Below are positions 1 to 9,927 of a stretch of DNA of 64,000 bases, piece after piece. Under the pieces are notes generated by a model, which was given only the letters and a program-made list of their open reading frames with translations, did no database searches and was not told the origin of the DNA. The translations under genes were made by a program, and so were the position numbers. The stretch lies in NCBI GenBank assembly GCA_017555565.1, contig JAFZGF010000061.1, positions 14,431 to 78,430 on the forward strand. The letters are read 5' to 3'. The stretch's first letter is position 1. Each line of letters opens with the position of its first letter. The DNA comes from Oscillospiraceae bacterium (GTDB lineage: Bacteria; Bacillota; Clostridia; Oscillospirales; Ruminococcaceae).

Positions 1-3000
1 TTCCCAACAAGGGACGCAAACGGTTGGGGTATAGATGAGGACTACGACGACTTCTTTAAATCTGCAACAGTTAGTGGTCCAAACAACGATGTAAGGACAA
101 TTTCCGACTCTGATATATACGGTTTGATGAACAGATTTATGCACCTGCTGTCAAGCAACAACCCAGATGCTGAAAGTGTTTATGCTGGTCAGGAAAGAGG
201 CACAGAAACAGATAATGAAGAAAAAGTACAATACACAGCAACAGGTCAGAAAGATCTGACCAATAACAGTTGGTCCAGCTACTATCTTGTTCCTACAACT
301 GCATCTGACCTTACATCTATCTTCCAGCAGATCAGTGATAACGCCTCTGGCGGTTCATCAGTTCCTCTGGATAAAGACGCAACTGTAGAAGATATTGTTA
401 CACCTTACTTCACGGTACCTTCCGGTGCAACAGGTGTTACAGTACAGACAGTTGACTGTATCGGCTTTTCCGGTGCTAACCCACAGTGGGCACAGACAGC
501 AACAAACCTTACTTCAAAAGAAGTAAGCTATGACAGCACAACAAATACACTTGATGTTAAAGGCTTCGATTTCGCCAACAACTTTGTTTCAAGCTTTGCT
601 AGAGATGAAGATGTTTATAATGAAACAGGCGAAATTGAAGAAGGTGACTTCAACGGTAGAAAACTGGTAATCTCCTTCGAAGTTAAACCAGGCAACTTCT
701 TCCTCGGTGGTAACGGCGTTGCAACCAACGATACAAACACTGCCCTGAAAGATAAAGACGGAAACGAAGTAGGTAAATTCGCTTACCCAGAAGTTGATGT
801 TCCTCTCCTTGGTATTGAAATAGAATGGGAAAACCAGCATATCTACAGAACAAATGCTGCAGACATTTTTGAACTTTTCAAAAATGCAAAAGTTAAGGGC
901 CGTGATGGTTCCAAACTGCCTATAGCAGAAGTTCTCAACAGTACAAACAACAAATATGTAGATGTGGACTTTACTATTACAGGTGAAGGCTTCACAGCTG
1001 AATACCATCTGGAACATGGTGAAGTATTTGATGCTTCAAAACTTGTAGTTAAATCAGGTACAGCTAACCCTGTTCTGTCAGCAGATGCCAGCTATACACT
1101 GTCCTGGCACGTAAAACCTGATACAGATGGTACAACAAAACCAGCTGAAAAACCATCTACAGTTACAGCCACAGTTTACGTTTACAACCCTGTTCTTACA
1201 TTTACAGACAGCGAAGACTGGCTGGGCGATACTCTCACATACGGTGCAGGCACTAACTTTACAGCTGATGCTGAAACATGGGTTAACCCTAATGGCGAAC
1301 CTTATGTTGCAAGTCAGATGCACGGTGAAAAACCAACAGTTTCCATCACATGTGAAGTAAACCCAACAGGTGTTGAAAACGGTATTATCGTAACAAAAGA
1401 CTACGTTCCTGTACAGGCAACAGTAACTTTTACAAATGAAGATGATGTTGTTACTACTGGTGTAGAAAATACACACTATACAGTTGTTCGCGATACAGCT
1501 TGCGGAAAATGTGAATACGATGCGGACGATACAGAAGAATTCCGTGTTCACATCAACACAGTTTCTCTCAATATTACAAAAACAGTTACAGGTACTGCAA
1601 ACTCAACTGAAAACTTTACTGTAACAGTTGAATACACAGGCGCAGACTTTGACGAAACAATTTCAGTTCTCAAAAACTCCGTTGCAACCAATTTTGCAGT
1701 AACAGATGGTAAAGCTGAACTTCAGCTTACTATCAGTCACGGCCAGACAATCAGTCTGACAAACCTGCCAGTTGGCCAGTACACAGTAACAGAAACTGTA
1801 AACGCAACACGTTACGATACAACAGTTAATGGTGATATCGGAACATCTGCAACAGTTTCCCTTGACGATGAAAATGTTTCAGGTACAGTTAAATTTGTCA
1901 ACGAACTTAAAACAGGTAGTCTGACAATCAACAAAGAAGTTGTAATGCCAGCAGGTTTTGCAATCACAGCAGGTGAAGTGTTCACATTTACTGTAACTGG
2001 CCCAGATGGTTATTCATCTAAACAGACAGTTACAGTTGACGAATATGGCCTTGGTTCTGTAACAGTTAATGACCTCGTTCGGGGCACATACACAATTACA
2101 GAAACTCCAAAAAGTCTGTACACAACAACTTACCGGCCACAGTACGCAACAGTACCTGCAGGCGGTACAGCAACTGTAAAAGCTGTTAATACAGCTAAAA
2201 AAGGCAACCTCAGCATTACAAAAACTGTAGTGGACAATGCCGATAACTATGATTCTGCAAGCGACACATTTACTGTAAGAGTAACTGTTGCAGGATACAC
2301 AGGTGCGACTCTGCCTTACACTATCAATGGTGGTGAACAGAAGTATGCAACTGTAACAGAAGGTGTTGCAGAAATCACATTGGCCCACAACCAGACAGCA
2401 TTGATTGAAGATATGCTTATGGGCTCTGACTACACAGTAACTGAATTTCTTTCTGACCCTCAGAAACTGGTATACAAAGACCCTGCATATGTAAATGAAA
2501 TGGGCACAATTGCTGCAGGTGAAACAAAACAGGCAACAATTACAAACACTGTAAAAACAGGCAGCATCATAATTGACAAAGTACTCGATCTGCCAAACGG
2601 TGTATCTGTTGCTGATGGCGAAACATTCAGATTTACAGTAACAGGTCCTAATTACAACAATGCTGATATTGTAATCACAAAAGATGGTCAAGTTACAATC
2701 GGAAATCTTCTCGTTGGCGATTATACAGTTGTAGAAAATCTTGATACATACCAGCAGAAAGTATATGCAACTACATATAGCACTGATGGCACTGCAACAG
2801 TAACAGACGGCGGAGAAGCTGTTATTACAGTAACAAACAAAGTAACAGCAGGTAAACTTGACATCACAAAACAAGTTGCTGATGTTGGCACAAATACATC
2901 TAAGTTTACAATGGAAATCACTCTTGCAGGTGACATTGTTGTTGAAAAGCTTATTGGTACAGTAGCAGGCGTTTCTACAGAAATTCCAGTAACTAACGGC

Positions 3001-3513
3001 AAAGCAATAATCGAGCTTGCACACAACGAAACAGCACAGTTTACAAATATTCCTGTAGGTATGACTTATACAGTAAAAGAAACAGGCGTTGATACAAATT
3101 ACTTCGCAGTAACTTATACTAAAGAATCTGGTACAATTTCTGTAGACACACCACTGGTTACAGTAAACAATGCAAGAAAACTTGGTAAACTTACAATCTC
3201 TAAATCTGGATTAGATATGTCTGTCGATCCAGACCAGACAGTAATGTTCAAAGTAACAGGTGCTAATGATTACGAAGCTACAGTTGCTATTCTCGGCAAC
3301 AGTACTGCTACAATCATTGACCTGCCGCTGGGTACCTATACAGTAACTGAGCTGACAGATTGGGCATGGCGTTACACAGCTGATGCAACAACTAAACCAG
3401 CTGAAATTACATCTAAAGCAGATGGCAGTGTTGCATTTGCAAACACAAGGACAAATCCATACTGGCTGGATGGCAACGATTACAATGAAAACATTTTTGC
3501 TTTTAACAACTAA
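1..3513 (+). CDS. Large secreted surface adhesin, 5'-truncated by the window edge; six tandem Cna-B/SpaA-like Ig-fold stalk repeats; no C-terminal anchor
   Basis: Frame 1 is open from nt 1, with no stop before the first listed Met at 124, so the gene starts upstream of the window. From ~nt 1560 to 3450 the product is six tandem ~85-110 aa modules. Five of them visibly open with a G-x-L-x-I-x-K strand (TGSLTINKEV, KGNLSITKTV, TGSIIIDKVL, AGKLDITKQV, LGKLTISKSG). All six close with G-x-YT(V/I)-x-E (YTVTE, YTITE, YTVVE, YTVKE), typical of prealbumin-fold stalk domains of Gram-positive adhesins. The C-terminus (...NENIFAFNN) has no LPXTG motif or TM anchor. The part before the repeats ends like a vWA-type head domain (weak). 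Confidence 0.75.
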   Translation, partial: FPTRDANGWGIDEDYDDFFKSATVSGPNNDVRTISDSDIYGLMNRFMHLLSSNNPDAESVYAGQERGTETDNEEKVQYTATGQKDLTNNSWSSYYLVPTTASDLTSIFQQISDNASGGSSVPLDKDATVEDIVTPYFTVPSGATGVTVQTVDCIGFSGANPQWAQTATNLTSKEVSYDSTTNTLDVKGFDFANNFVSSFARDEDVYNETGEIEEGDFNGRKLVISFEVKPGNFFLGGNGVATNDTNTALKDKDGNEVGKFAYPEVDVPLLGIEIEWENQHIYRTNAADIFELFKNAKVKGRDGSKLPIAEVLNSTNNKYVDVDFTITGEGFTAEYHLEHGEVFDASKLVVKSGTANPVLSADASYTLSWHVKPDTDGTTKPAEKPSTVTATVYVYNPVLTFTDSEDWLGDTLTYGAGTNFTADAETWVNPNGEPYVASQMHGEKPTVSITCEVNPTGVENGIIVTKDYVPVQATVTFTNEDDVVTTGVENTHYTVVRDTACGKCEYDADDTEEFRVHINTVSLNITKTVTGTANSTENFTVTVEYTGADFDETISVLKNSVATNFAVTDGKAELQLTISHGQTISLTNLPVGQYTVTETVNATRYDTTVNGDIGTSATVSLDDENVSGTVKFVNELKTGSLTINKEVVMPAGFAITAGEVFTFTVTGPDGYSSKQTVTVDEYGLGSVTVNDLVRGTYTITETPKSLYTTTYRPQYATVPAGGTATVKAVNTAKKGNLSITKTVVDNADNYDSASDTFTVRVTVAGYTGATLPYTINGGEQKYATVTEGVAEITLAHNQTALIEDMLMGSDYTVTEFLSDPQKLVYKDPAYVNEMGTIAAGETKQATITNTVKTGSIIIDKVLDLPNGVSVADGETFRFTVTGPNYNNADIVITKDGQVTIGNLLVGDYTVVENLDTYQQKVYATTYSTDGTATVTDGGEAVITVTNKVTAGKLDITKQVADVGTNTSKFTMEITLAGDIVVEKLIGTVAGVSTEIPVTNGKAIIELAHNETAQFTNIPVGMTYTVKETGVDTNYFAVTYTKESGTISVDTPLVTVNNARKLGKLTISKSGLDMSVDPDQTVMFKVTGANDYEATVAILGNSTATIIDLPLGTYTVTELTDWAWRYTADATTKPAEITSKADGSVAFANTRTNPYWLDGNDYNENIFAFNN

Positions 3514-3529
3514 GAAAGGAGACAGATAA

Positions 3530-4126
3530 ATGAAAGTTTATAGAGCCAATAATGGCAAAAAGAAAATTTCTGCAGTTGCAATCTGTCTTCTTCTGACAGT
3601 TGTAATGGCAGTAGGTGGCACGCTGGCTTACCTGTTTACAAACACAGACCCTGTTACAAACACATTTAAACCTGCCCAAGCACCTAATGAAATCAAGGAA
3701 ACAATGACCAACAACGTAAAATCCAATGTTTACGTTCAGGTTCCACAGAACGAGAAAAATGTAGATGTTTATCTGCGTGTTGCCGTAGTGGTTTCCTGGC
3801 AGGATAAAGATGGCAATATTGGCCCAAAGGTACCGGTTAAAGATACTGATTATGTAGTTGATATGGGCGATAGTAAGTGGGTGTTGCATAACGGCTATTA
3901 CTATTACACCGATATAGTTTCTCCAAACGAATCGACAGAATATTTGTTTGACTCTATTACAGTTGTTGATGGTGCAACACCAGAAGGGTATGCTTTAAGC
4001 GTTGAACTTCTTTCTCAGTCCATCCAGGCTGAAGGAACTAATGCTAAAGGTGAAAAACCTGTACAGCTGGCTTGGGGCGTTACAATTGCTGAGGGCAGTG
4101 TAACTGCCTATACACCACAGCCATAA
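3530..4126 (+). CDS. Small secreted protein with SipW-dependent-type signal peptide
   Basis: An aaggag RBS lies just upstream of the ATG. The N-terminus KKKISAVAICLLLTVVMAVGGTLAYLFTNTDPV matches the SipW-cognate signal peptide pattern (hydrophobic core followed by GGT-L/F-AY-F/L-T-D) known from TasA/CalY-type matrix proteins. Confidence 0.7.
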   Translation: MKVYRANNGKKKISAVAICLLLTVVMAVGGTLAYLFTNTDPVTNTFKPAQAPNEIKETMTNNVKSNVYVQVPQNEKNVDVYLRVAVVVSWQDKDGNIGPKVPVKDTDYVVDMGDSKWVLHNGYYYYTDIVSPNESTEYLFDSITVVDGATPEGYALSVELLSQSIQAEGTNAKGEKPVQLAWGVTIAEGSVTAYTPQP

Positions 4127-4140
4127 GGAGGGAATAAATT

Positions 4141-4875
4141 ATGAAACACACAACAAAACGTTTATTCTCTCTGGCGCTGGCAGTAGTGATGATGATGGGC
4201 TTGGCCCTGTCATCATCTGCTGCAGGTATCGTTACATACGAAGGCAAAAGCGGCGAAGAAAAATTTGTCCTCGCACCTGGCACAGAATATTCTGTGTCAG
4301 ACCTGTTTACAGATTTCAAAAACCTTATGCCTGGTGATAAAATCTATCAGACAATCCGTCTTGTTAACAATGGCAAAGATGGCACAACTACAAAGTTCTA
4401 TCTGAAAGCTATTGGCCCTGCATCAGCAGACAATGAAGACCTGCGCTTTAGCGGTGATAAGCTGGGCAATGGCAAAGACAACGACGGATATACAGACAAA
4501 GTGTATGACACTGCTCTGTTAGATCAGCTGAAGATGACAGTAGAAATTGTAAAGACAAATGGCAACGAAACTATCTTTGAAGCTCCTGCTGATCAGACAG
4601 CCGGTCTTTCCGACTGGGTTCTCCTTGGCAGCCTGCGTAAAGGTGGCGAAATCGACCTGGAAGTTACAATCGAAGTTCCTGCAGAAATGGGCAACGAGTT
4701 TCGGGATCTTGCAGGTGCTTTGGAATGGGCAGTTAAAATTGAAGAAATCCCAGACCCTTCAGTTCCAGACACAGGTGACAACACAGGCGCTATGATGTAC
4801 GCTGCAATGTTCGGCGTAGCAGCTATGGCACTGATCGTGATTATTATTCTTAAGAAAAGAAAAACAGAAGAATAA
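4141..4875 (+). CDS. TasA/camelysin-like beta-sandwich protein with sortase sorting signal (LPXTG variant VPDTG)
   Basis: An aaggagg RBS precedes the start. The Sec signal peptide ends ...LALSSSAAG. The NLMPGDKIYQTIRLVNNG segment resembles the N-L-x-PGD strand of the TasA/peptidase M73 family. The C-terminus is VPDTGDN + hydrophobic stretch (AMMYAAMFGVAAMALIVIIIL) + KKRKTEE, a classic cell-wall sorting signal layout. Confidence 0.65.
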   Translation: MKHTTKRLFSLALAVVMMMGLALSSSAAGIVTYEGKSGEEKFVLAPGTEYSVSDLFTDFKNLMPGDKIYQTIRLVNNGKDGTTTKFYLKAIGPASADNEDLRFSGDKLGNGKDNDGYTDKVYDTALLDQLKMTVEIVKTNGNETIFEAPADQTAGLSDWVLLGSLRKGGEIDLEVTIEVPAEMGNEFRDLAGALEWAVKIEEIPDPSVPDTGDNTGAMMYAAMFGVAAMALIVIIILKKRKTEE

Positions 4876-4900
4876 TTAGTCGCACTTGAATAACGAACTT

Positions 4901-4937
4901 ACACCCCGAAAGCGAATGCTTGCGGGGTGTATTTTTA
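4901..4937 (+). terminator. Rho-independent terminator of the adhesin/TasA-like operon
   Basis: Stem acaccccg...cggggtgt (4901-4908 / 4923-4930) with an inner aagc/gctt pairing, followed by a T-run at 4932-4936. Confidence 0.7.
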
Positions 4938-4953
4938 TATACAGAAGGAAAAT

Positions 4954-4983
4954 AAAAAAGCTCCCTGCAGGGAGCTTTTTGTG
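4954..4983 (-). terminator. Terminator of the RyR/TIR operon (bidirectional shape)
   Basis: Stem aagctccc-tgca-gggagctt flanked by an A-run on one side and a T-run on the other. It lies 11 nt beyond the stop of the TIR gene. Confidence 0.65.
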
Positions 4984-4993
4984 TATTGCTTAA

Positions 4994-7900
4994 TCAGTCG
5001 ATAAGATAGGTCTGTCTTTCGGCGGCTGTAAGCTGGCGGTCGCCCAGAATATCCCTGGCCATTTCAATAAGCTGGTCAAATGAGTAGTAAGGGTAGAAAC
5101 GGGAGTATTCATTGTCAGCAATAACGGTTGTTACACCGTTACAGGCCATACAAGGGCTGATGGTGTTCTGCAGTTTGTAAACCCCTGGGGCTACAAGATC
5201 ATACATCTGCACATTGTTGGAGATATATGCGCTTACTGTCAGTTTCGCACTCATCAGACTGTCGCCGTAGAATGAAAAATCAAGAGAACTGAATTCAGCC
5301 GTGGTTTTTTCCATTGTATATTTGCCTTCGCGCCAGTTGTAAACTTTCAGATGGTATCCGCCATCCTGCATAATTATATGGTCACTGTCTGGTGTAAAGG
5401 ATATTTCCGTACTGCCCACAATGCCAAAATCAAGGCTGTGGAGAATTTTCATTGTAGAAATGTCCAGTATTTTTATGCTTCCGTCGGTGCCGTACATATT
5501 GATAATGCTTGTATCCGGCATAATCCAGCCATCCTGGCGGTAGTAGGAAATGCCCCGTGGCATAACATCGGCAGCTTCCTGAGGCAGAGTCAGCCAGCAG
5601 TTGTTTTCCATATCCCACACTGGCATCATACCTACAGCAGGCTGTTCTTTGCCGTCCTTGTCCAGCATTACAACATCGCAAGGTATCAGCAGATATTTGC
5701 TGTCGCCGGACAGCATTGCAGATTTAACAGCGAATCTGGACAGGTTTTCGCCCATATTCAGCGCAGAAATGATTTCTTCAGTTGTAAAAGTCACAGCGTC
5801 TTCGCCGCTGGCAGCATCTTTAACCCATATAATGTTTTTAGTCGCCTTGTCAGCTGAATAGCTGAATGAACCGGCAGGAGCGTAGTTATCTGTAACTGTA
5901 AAGGCTGTTGTCAGTGTATTGTACTGATTTGCACTTATAAACAGCTCGGTATCCGGGTTGTAAATATCGGTGGCAGGATAATCTTTTACTGAAGCAGTTT
6001 CGATATCATAAACAGACAGCACAGCCTTTCCGTTTGCAGGGTAAACAAGGTATCTGTTGTTTATAATCTGTGCATTGTAGTCGTAAACTGTGGTATTTAC
6101 CGCATCATCAGCCCACAGTTCTTCTTTGGTGTTTACATCATAAAGGTGAATTTTGTCCTGATGTTCGATAAACCACATATAGTTGCTGTTTTCTGAAAAA
6201 CCGACCATTGAGGGACTTGCACCCATTGACTTGAAGTTAAAGTCGATATTGTCCTGATACCAGTGAATAGCAGAGCCGTTAAAAATATATGTTCTGTCAT
6301 TATAGCGGCATATATTTGAAATAATGCCAAGGTCGAGATAATAGGACGTACTGTTCAGCACCGGGTTGTAAACCTTGTCATCCAGTGGATTAGTTACAAA
6401 CACATAGCCGTCCTGAGTTATCATCATTATGGATGTTTTGTTTGGCAAAGGCTGTGCCAGCTTGATGGCACTGCGGTCTTCAATACGGCTGTAAATATGG
6501 CCGCTTTCCCGGTCTATCACGGCAAACACATTGCCGGCGGTAATGCCGACACATTTTCTTGTTTCACCGTTTCTGTCGTTGGCCTCAAATGACTGTATAC
6601 CGAAATTGTAGTTAAGGCTCATAGAGTTTTCTGCCACAGTCCACAGCTTTTCACCTGCGGAAATATCGTGGCAGTCCACATACCAGTTGAAGGGGTTTTC
6701 CACTATACCCATAGCGATAACAGATGTATCGTCAGAATAAACCGATATCAGTCTGTTGTTATCCAGCCAGTAAAGATGGTTAAGCCGCCAGAAAGCAGGT
6801 ACAGAATATGTGTACACAGCCTGTCCGCCATCAATGGGATAGACATAAATATGGTTTATGCCGTTTTCATCTGATTTTTCGCCGGGCTGTTGCAACTGTA
6901 TGGCTACATAGTTGCCGTCAGGGGATATGGCTACATCCTTTGTCTTCCAGCTGTCATAAAGGGATGTACCAATGTTTTTATACATATCATCAGCGTGCCA
7001 GAAAGTTGCTGTGCCGCTGGATATATCCAGGTTGTAAACCTTATGGCTGTCCAATACAGAATAATTGTATTCGTATGTAAGCTGCGGTGTGAAAATTGCT
7101 TCTTCATACCAGCGGAAGTTGGTGTTCACACAGACCAGACTGTCAGTTTTTTTGCTGTAAGCCCAGTCAAATTTGGTGGAATAACATTTTTCGCAGGCAG
7201 GGAACTGCCATTGCCACAGCAGACTGCCGTCTGTGTAGTTGATACAGTACAGACTGTCAGCGGTTTTGATAAGCAGACGGCTGTCAGATGCCAGTTTCGC
7301 TTCTTCAGCCACATAATCGCTGACTTTCAACAGAAGCGTGCCATCTTTGGCGTTCCACAGATAAACATACCCGTTAAGGTCCATTGTCATCAGTACATCA
7401 TTGGCGGCGTCATAGTCGGTAATATAGCTGCTGTCTGTGTCCATAGACATCTTCTTCACTGGGTGAAGATTGTAATAGTAGTCCATTCGGTAGGTGTACA
7501 GCGCATTTTCCAGAGCCATACGGGCCTCTGCCACATAAGGGCGGCTGTTGTCATTACTGCCCTTTGGCAGAGCTTCCAGAGCCACCAGCAAGGATGTCTC
7601 CCTGTCGCCTTTTTCCAGCAGGTCATTAGCTGTCTGGGCAAGATAACGAGACTGATTTTCCTGCTTTGCTATAAAGTTTTTGTTGATTTCAATGTTCTGT
7701 TTAATTGTAACTGCACCAAAAAGTAATGACACAGCGGCCACAATGCCGGATAATGCCGCCAGGCGGCGCATACGCCATACACGGTGGCGCTGGTACAACT
7801 CGTCATAGGTGCAGCCCAAAATAGGTGCAACCAGGCGGGACATACGCTGTTTGGCCAGCTTCAGCATTTCTTTTTCATTTGGAGCGCGCAGGTCAAGAGC

Positions 7901-8332
7901 CAGCGGTTCGCCGTTCTCCAGCAGTATATCCGGGAAAACATCATAAGGTTCCCCTTCGATGATCACAGCCAGTATGTTGTCGCGGCTGCGGTGCTTAAGA
8001 AAAGCTTCGATTTCCTTTATGCACCATTTGGACTGTTTATATCGTGGAGAAAGAACAACCACCAGATATTCCGATGATTTGATGCTGTTTTCAATCTCTG
8101 TAAACAAATCGCTGGAAGCGCCCAGTTCTTCTTCGTCTCGGAAAACACGGTTAATTTTCTTTTTACCTATTTTTTCCTGAATTTCCTTTGGGATTTTGTA
8201 GTTTTCCAGGGCCTTGTGCAGATAGGCAGCGGCCGCACTGTCCAATGGGGCGTGGCGGTAGCTGATAAACACATCAAAACGGAAATCCTGCTTTGGTTGG
8301 TTTTCGTTTAACATTTCGGGTTGATTAGTCAT
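4994..8332 (-). CDS. TIR domain - single TM - beta-propeller-repeat protein
   Basis: The N-terminus FDVFISYRHAPLDS...FRDEEEL...YLVVVLSPRYKQSKWCIKEIEAF is a TIR domain that retains the S-x-WC-x-x-E catalytic-Glu motif. The TM helix LAALSGIVAAVSLLFGAVTI is preceded by RHRVWRMRR. After it come at least 11 blade-like repeats of the form hydrophobic-Y/W-D/N-x-x-S/T-G-x-x-L-W (YLWNAKDGTLL, NYTDGSLLWQW, HDISAGEKLWTV, LYDVNTKEELWA, VYDIETASV, and others). Confidence 0.85.
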   Translation of the reverse strand: MTNQPEMLNENQPKQDFRFDVFISYRHAPLDSAAAAYLHKALENYKIPKEIQEKIGKKKINRVFRDEEELGASSDLFTEIENSIKSSEYLVVVLSPRYKQSKWCIKEIEAFLKHRSRDNILAVIIEGEPYDVFPDILLENGEPLALDLRAPNEKEMLKLAKQRMSRLVAPILGCTYDELYQRHRVWRMRRLAALSGIVAAVSLLFGAVTIKQNIEINKNFIAKQENQSRYLAQTANDLLEKGDRETSLLVALEALPKGSNDNSRPYVAEARMALENALYTYRMDYYYNLHPVKKMSMDTDSSYITDYDAANDVLMTMDLNGYVYLWNAKDGTLLLKVSDYVAEEAKLASDSRLLIKTADSLYCINYTDGSLLWQWQFPACEKCYSTKFDWAYSKKTDSLVCVNTNFRWYEEAIFTPQLTYEYNYSVLDSHKVYNLDISSGTATFWHADDMYKNIGTSLYDSWKTKDVAISPDGNYVAIQLQQPGEKSDENGINHIYVYPIDGGQAVYTYSVPAFWRLNHLYWLDNNRLISVYSDDTSVIAMGIVENPFNWYVDCHDISAGEKLWTVAENSMSLNYNFGIQSFEANDRNGETRKCVGITAGNVFAVIDRESGHIYSRIEDRSAIKLAQPLPNKTSIMMITQDGYVFVTNPLDDKVYNPVLNSTSYYLDLGIISNICRYNDRTYIFNGSAIHWYQDNIDFNFKSMGASPSMVGFSENSNYMWFIEHQDKIHLYDVNTKEELWADDAVNTTVYDYNAQIINNRYLVYPANGKAVLSVYDIETASVKDYPATDIYNPDTELFISANQYNTLTTAFTVTDNYAPAGSFSYSADKATKNIIWVKDAASGEDAVTFTTEEIISALNMGENLSRFAVKSAMLSGDSKYLLIPCDVVMLDKDGKEQPAVGMMPVWDMENNCWLTLPQEAADVMPRGISYYRQDGWIMPDTSIINMYGTDGSIKILDISTMKILHSLDFGIVGSTEISFTPDSDHIIMQDGGYHLKVYNWREGKYTMEKTTAEFSSLDFSFYGDSLMSAKLTVSAYISNNVQMYDLVAPGVYKLQNTISPCMACNGVTTVIADNEYSRFYPYYSFDQLIEMARDILGDRQLTAAERQTYLID

Positions 8333-8353
8333 ATATTTTCCTCTTGTTAGAGT

Positions 8354-9916
8354 TTATGATTTCAGAAAGCCTGCAAGCTGTTGTAACAGCTGCCAGGAAT
8401 AATCGTCCTTCTGCTGTGTGGCAGGGGTCAGTTTATCAAAAGGTACCATAGACGGATGATGGCGGCGGCTGTTGTCACGGGCTGGGTTGTATGTCCAGTT
8501 GTACAACGCGTGGAATCTCATCCAGCGGTCGTGTTCAAGATGACGGTAAAAATCCGCTTTTTCATCTTTTGTGGCTATATATTTTTCATATGCCGCCATA
8601 CAGATGTCGGCAGTAATTTCAGTGATGGTGTCATCTTCCAGCAGAATTCTGATTTTTGTCAGCAGATGGTCTGCGGCAGAAATGTTGGAAGCACGTGTAA
8701 ATGCAGAAAGTTCTTCCCAGCGTGGAGAGTCTGCACCCGTGGAGTCCAGATATATCTGATGCATTGCCTGTGCGGTTTTTACAAGGGTTGTGCGCATAAC
8801 CACATTTGCTGTGTAGATATGCCGATGGTTGCCAAAAGAGATGGTGCCCGGCATATGCTGTGACAGTCGCAGGTGAATATCTCCGTCAATTACAAAATAT
8901 TTTGTAATTGTATTATAAATCTTCAGATTTTCCCGGTCGGTTGCCTTGGCGATAATCACTCGGTCAGCCGATGTTATTATATCCGCATTGTTTTCCCAGC
9001 CGGTTGGGTAAAAAATCACGCTGTCGCAGTTATGTGATTTTTCATTTATACAAACCATAGTGGCAAGCTGTGGATGTATTTGCGCAAACAGACTGTCCTT
9101 TGCAAAGATATGATAGCAAACAGACTGCTGTGGGCTGAACAGATTCACCTGCAACCCTTGTGCCAGCAGGGTATCTGCATATTCGGCGTCTGCGATAATT
9201 GCCACATTCTTGGCTGTCTGTGGCAGTGGGGTATTGCGCCAGTAAAGACGGGCAACATTTTCAGCCATATTGAAAACTGTCAGGTCAGCAGGTTGTGTTT
9301 CGCTGTTGAAATCCGACTGGCAGTAAACCCTGTAGCCTTTGCCACAGAAATTTATTGAGTTCTTGTAATTGGCATAGCCGTCAGTATCCATAAAAAACAG
9401 ATTAATGTCTGTCGGGGCTTTTTTCAGATTCAATATGTCTTCCGTACTGCCCTTTACAAACATTGCTCCCAGCTTTTTCAGTGGTGCCGTCAGCTCTGTG
9501 CCGTCTTCTTTTGGAAACAGCAGTACAGCCTTTGGATTTTCGCTCTTTATTGACTGTGCCAGCGCACAGGTAGCATCATTGAGTGAAGAAAAAACAAACC
9601 ATTGTCCTGACTGCATAAAGCCAAGGCGGAATCGCACCCACAGCTGACCAAAAGTCATAATAATTACCACCAGCATAGCCAGTAAGCTGGTAGACAGCAG
9701 CAGAAATACACTGCCTATTATTTTGCCCATAGCGGTAACCGGTGACAGGTCGCCATATCCTACGGTGGTAAGGGTAACTACCGAATACCACAAGGCATCT
9801 TTTATTGATGTTATGGATGCATCTGGGTTGGAAGATTCGGCATATACCAGCAATGCCAGCATAACAAAATATGCCGCCAGCAGTGATATTACCGCCAAAA
9901 TGTGTTGCTTTTTCAT
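8354..9916 (-). CDS. Two-TM K+ channel with cytosolic domain and C-terminal RyR domain
   Basis: Canonical K+ selectivity filter TLTTVGYGDLSP lies between two TM helices. The C-terminal LEHDRWMRFHALYNWTYNPARDNSRRHHPSMVPFDKLTPATQQKDD fits the RyR-domain consensus (H..W...GW.y....k.hP.lvpf..L). The gene ends 21 nt upstream of the TIR gene. Confidence 0.85.
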   Translation of the reverse strand: MKKQHILAVISLLAAYFVMLALLVYAESSNPDASITSIKDALWYSVVTLTTVGYGDLSPVTAMGKIIGSVFLLLSTSLLAMLVVIIMTFGQLWVRFRLGFMQSGQWFVFSSLNDATCALAQSIKSENPKAVLLFPKEDGTELTAPLKKLGAMFVKGSTEDILNLKKAPTDINLFFMDTDGYANYKNSINFCGKGYRVYCQSDFNSETQPADLTVFNMAENVARLYWRNTPLPQTAKNVAIIADAEYADTLLAQGLQVNLFSPQQSVCYHIFAKDSLFAQIHPQLATMVCINEKSHNCDSVIFYPTGWENNADIITSADRVIIAKATDRENLKIYNTITKYFVIDGDIHLRLSQHMPGTISFGNHRHIYTANVVMRTTLVKTAQAMHQIYLDSTGADSPRWEELSAFTRASNISAADHLLTKIRILLEDDTITEITADICMAAYEKYIATKDEKADFYRHLEHDRWMRFHALYNWTYNPARDNSRRHHPSMVPFDKLTPATQQKDDYSWQLLQQLAGFLKS

Positions 9917-9927
9917 AATGTTACCTT

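Noticed and set aside
589-3026. Several long minus-strand ORFs (589..1017, 1078..1551, 2014..3024, 2721..3026) inside the adhesin gene
   Set aside because: They are antisense shadows of a Thr/Val/Gly-rich repeat gene. Their translations are Cys/Phe/Asn-rich low-complexity text with no RBS or motifs, and the plus-strand frame is clearly the coding one.
5351-8180. Plus-strand ORFs (e.g. 5351..5857, 6890..7726, 7784..8077) within the TIR gene
   Set aside because: They are antisense to a well-supported 1112-aa gene with TIR and propeller motifs. They have no independent signals.
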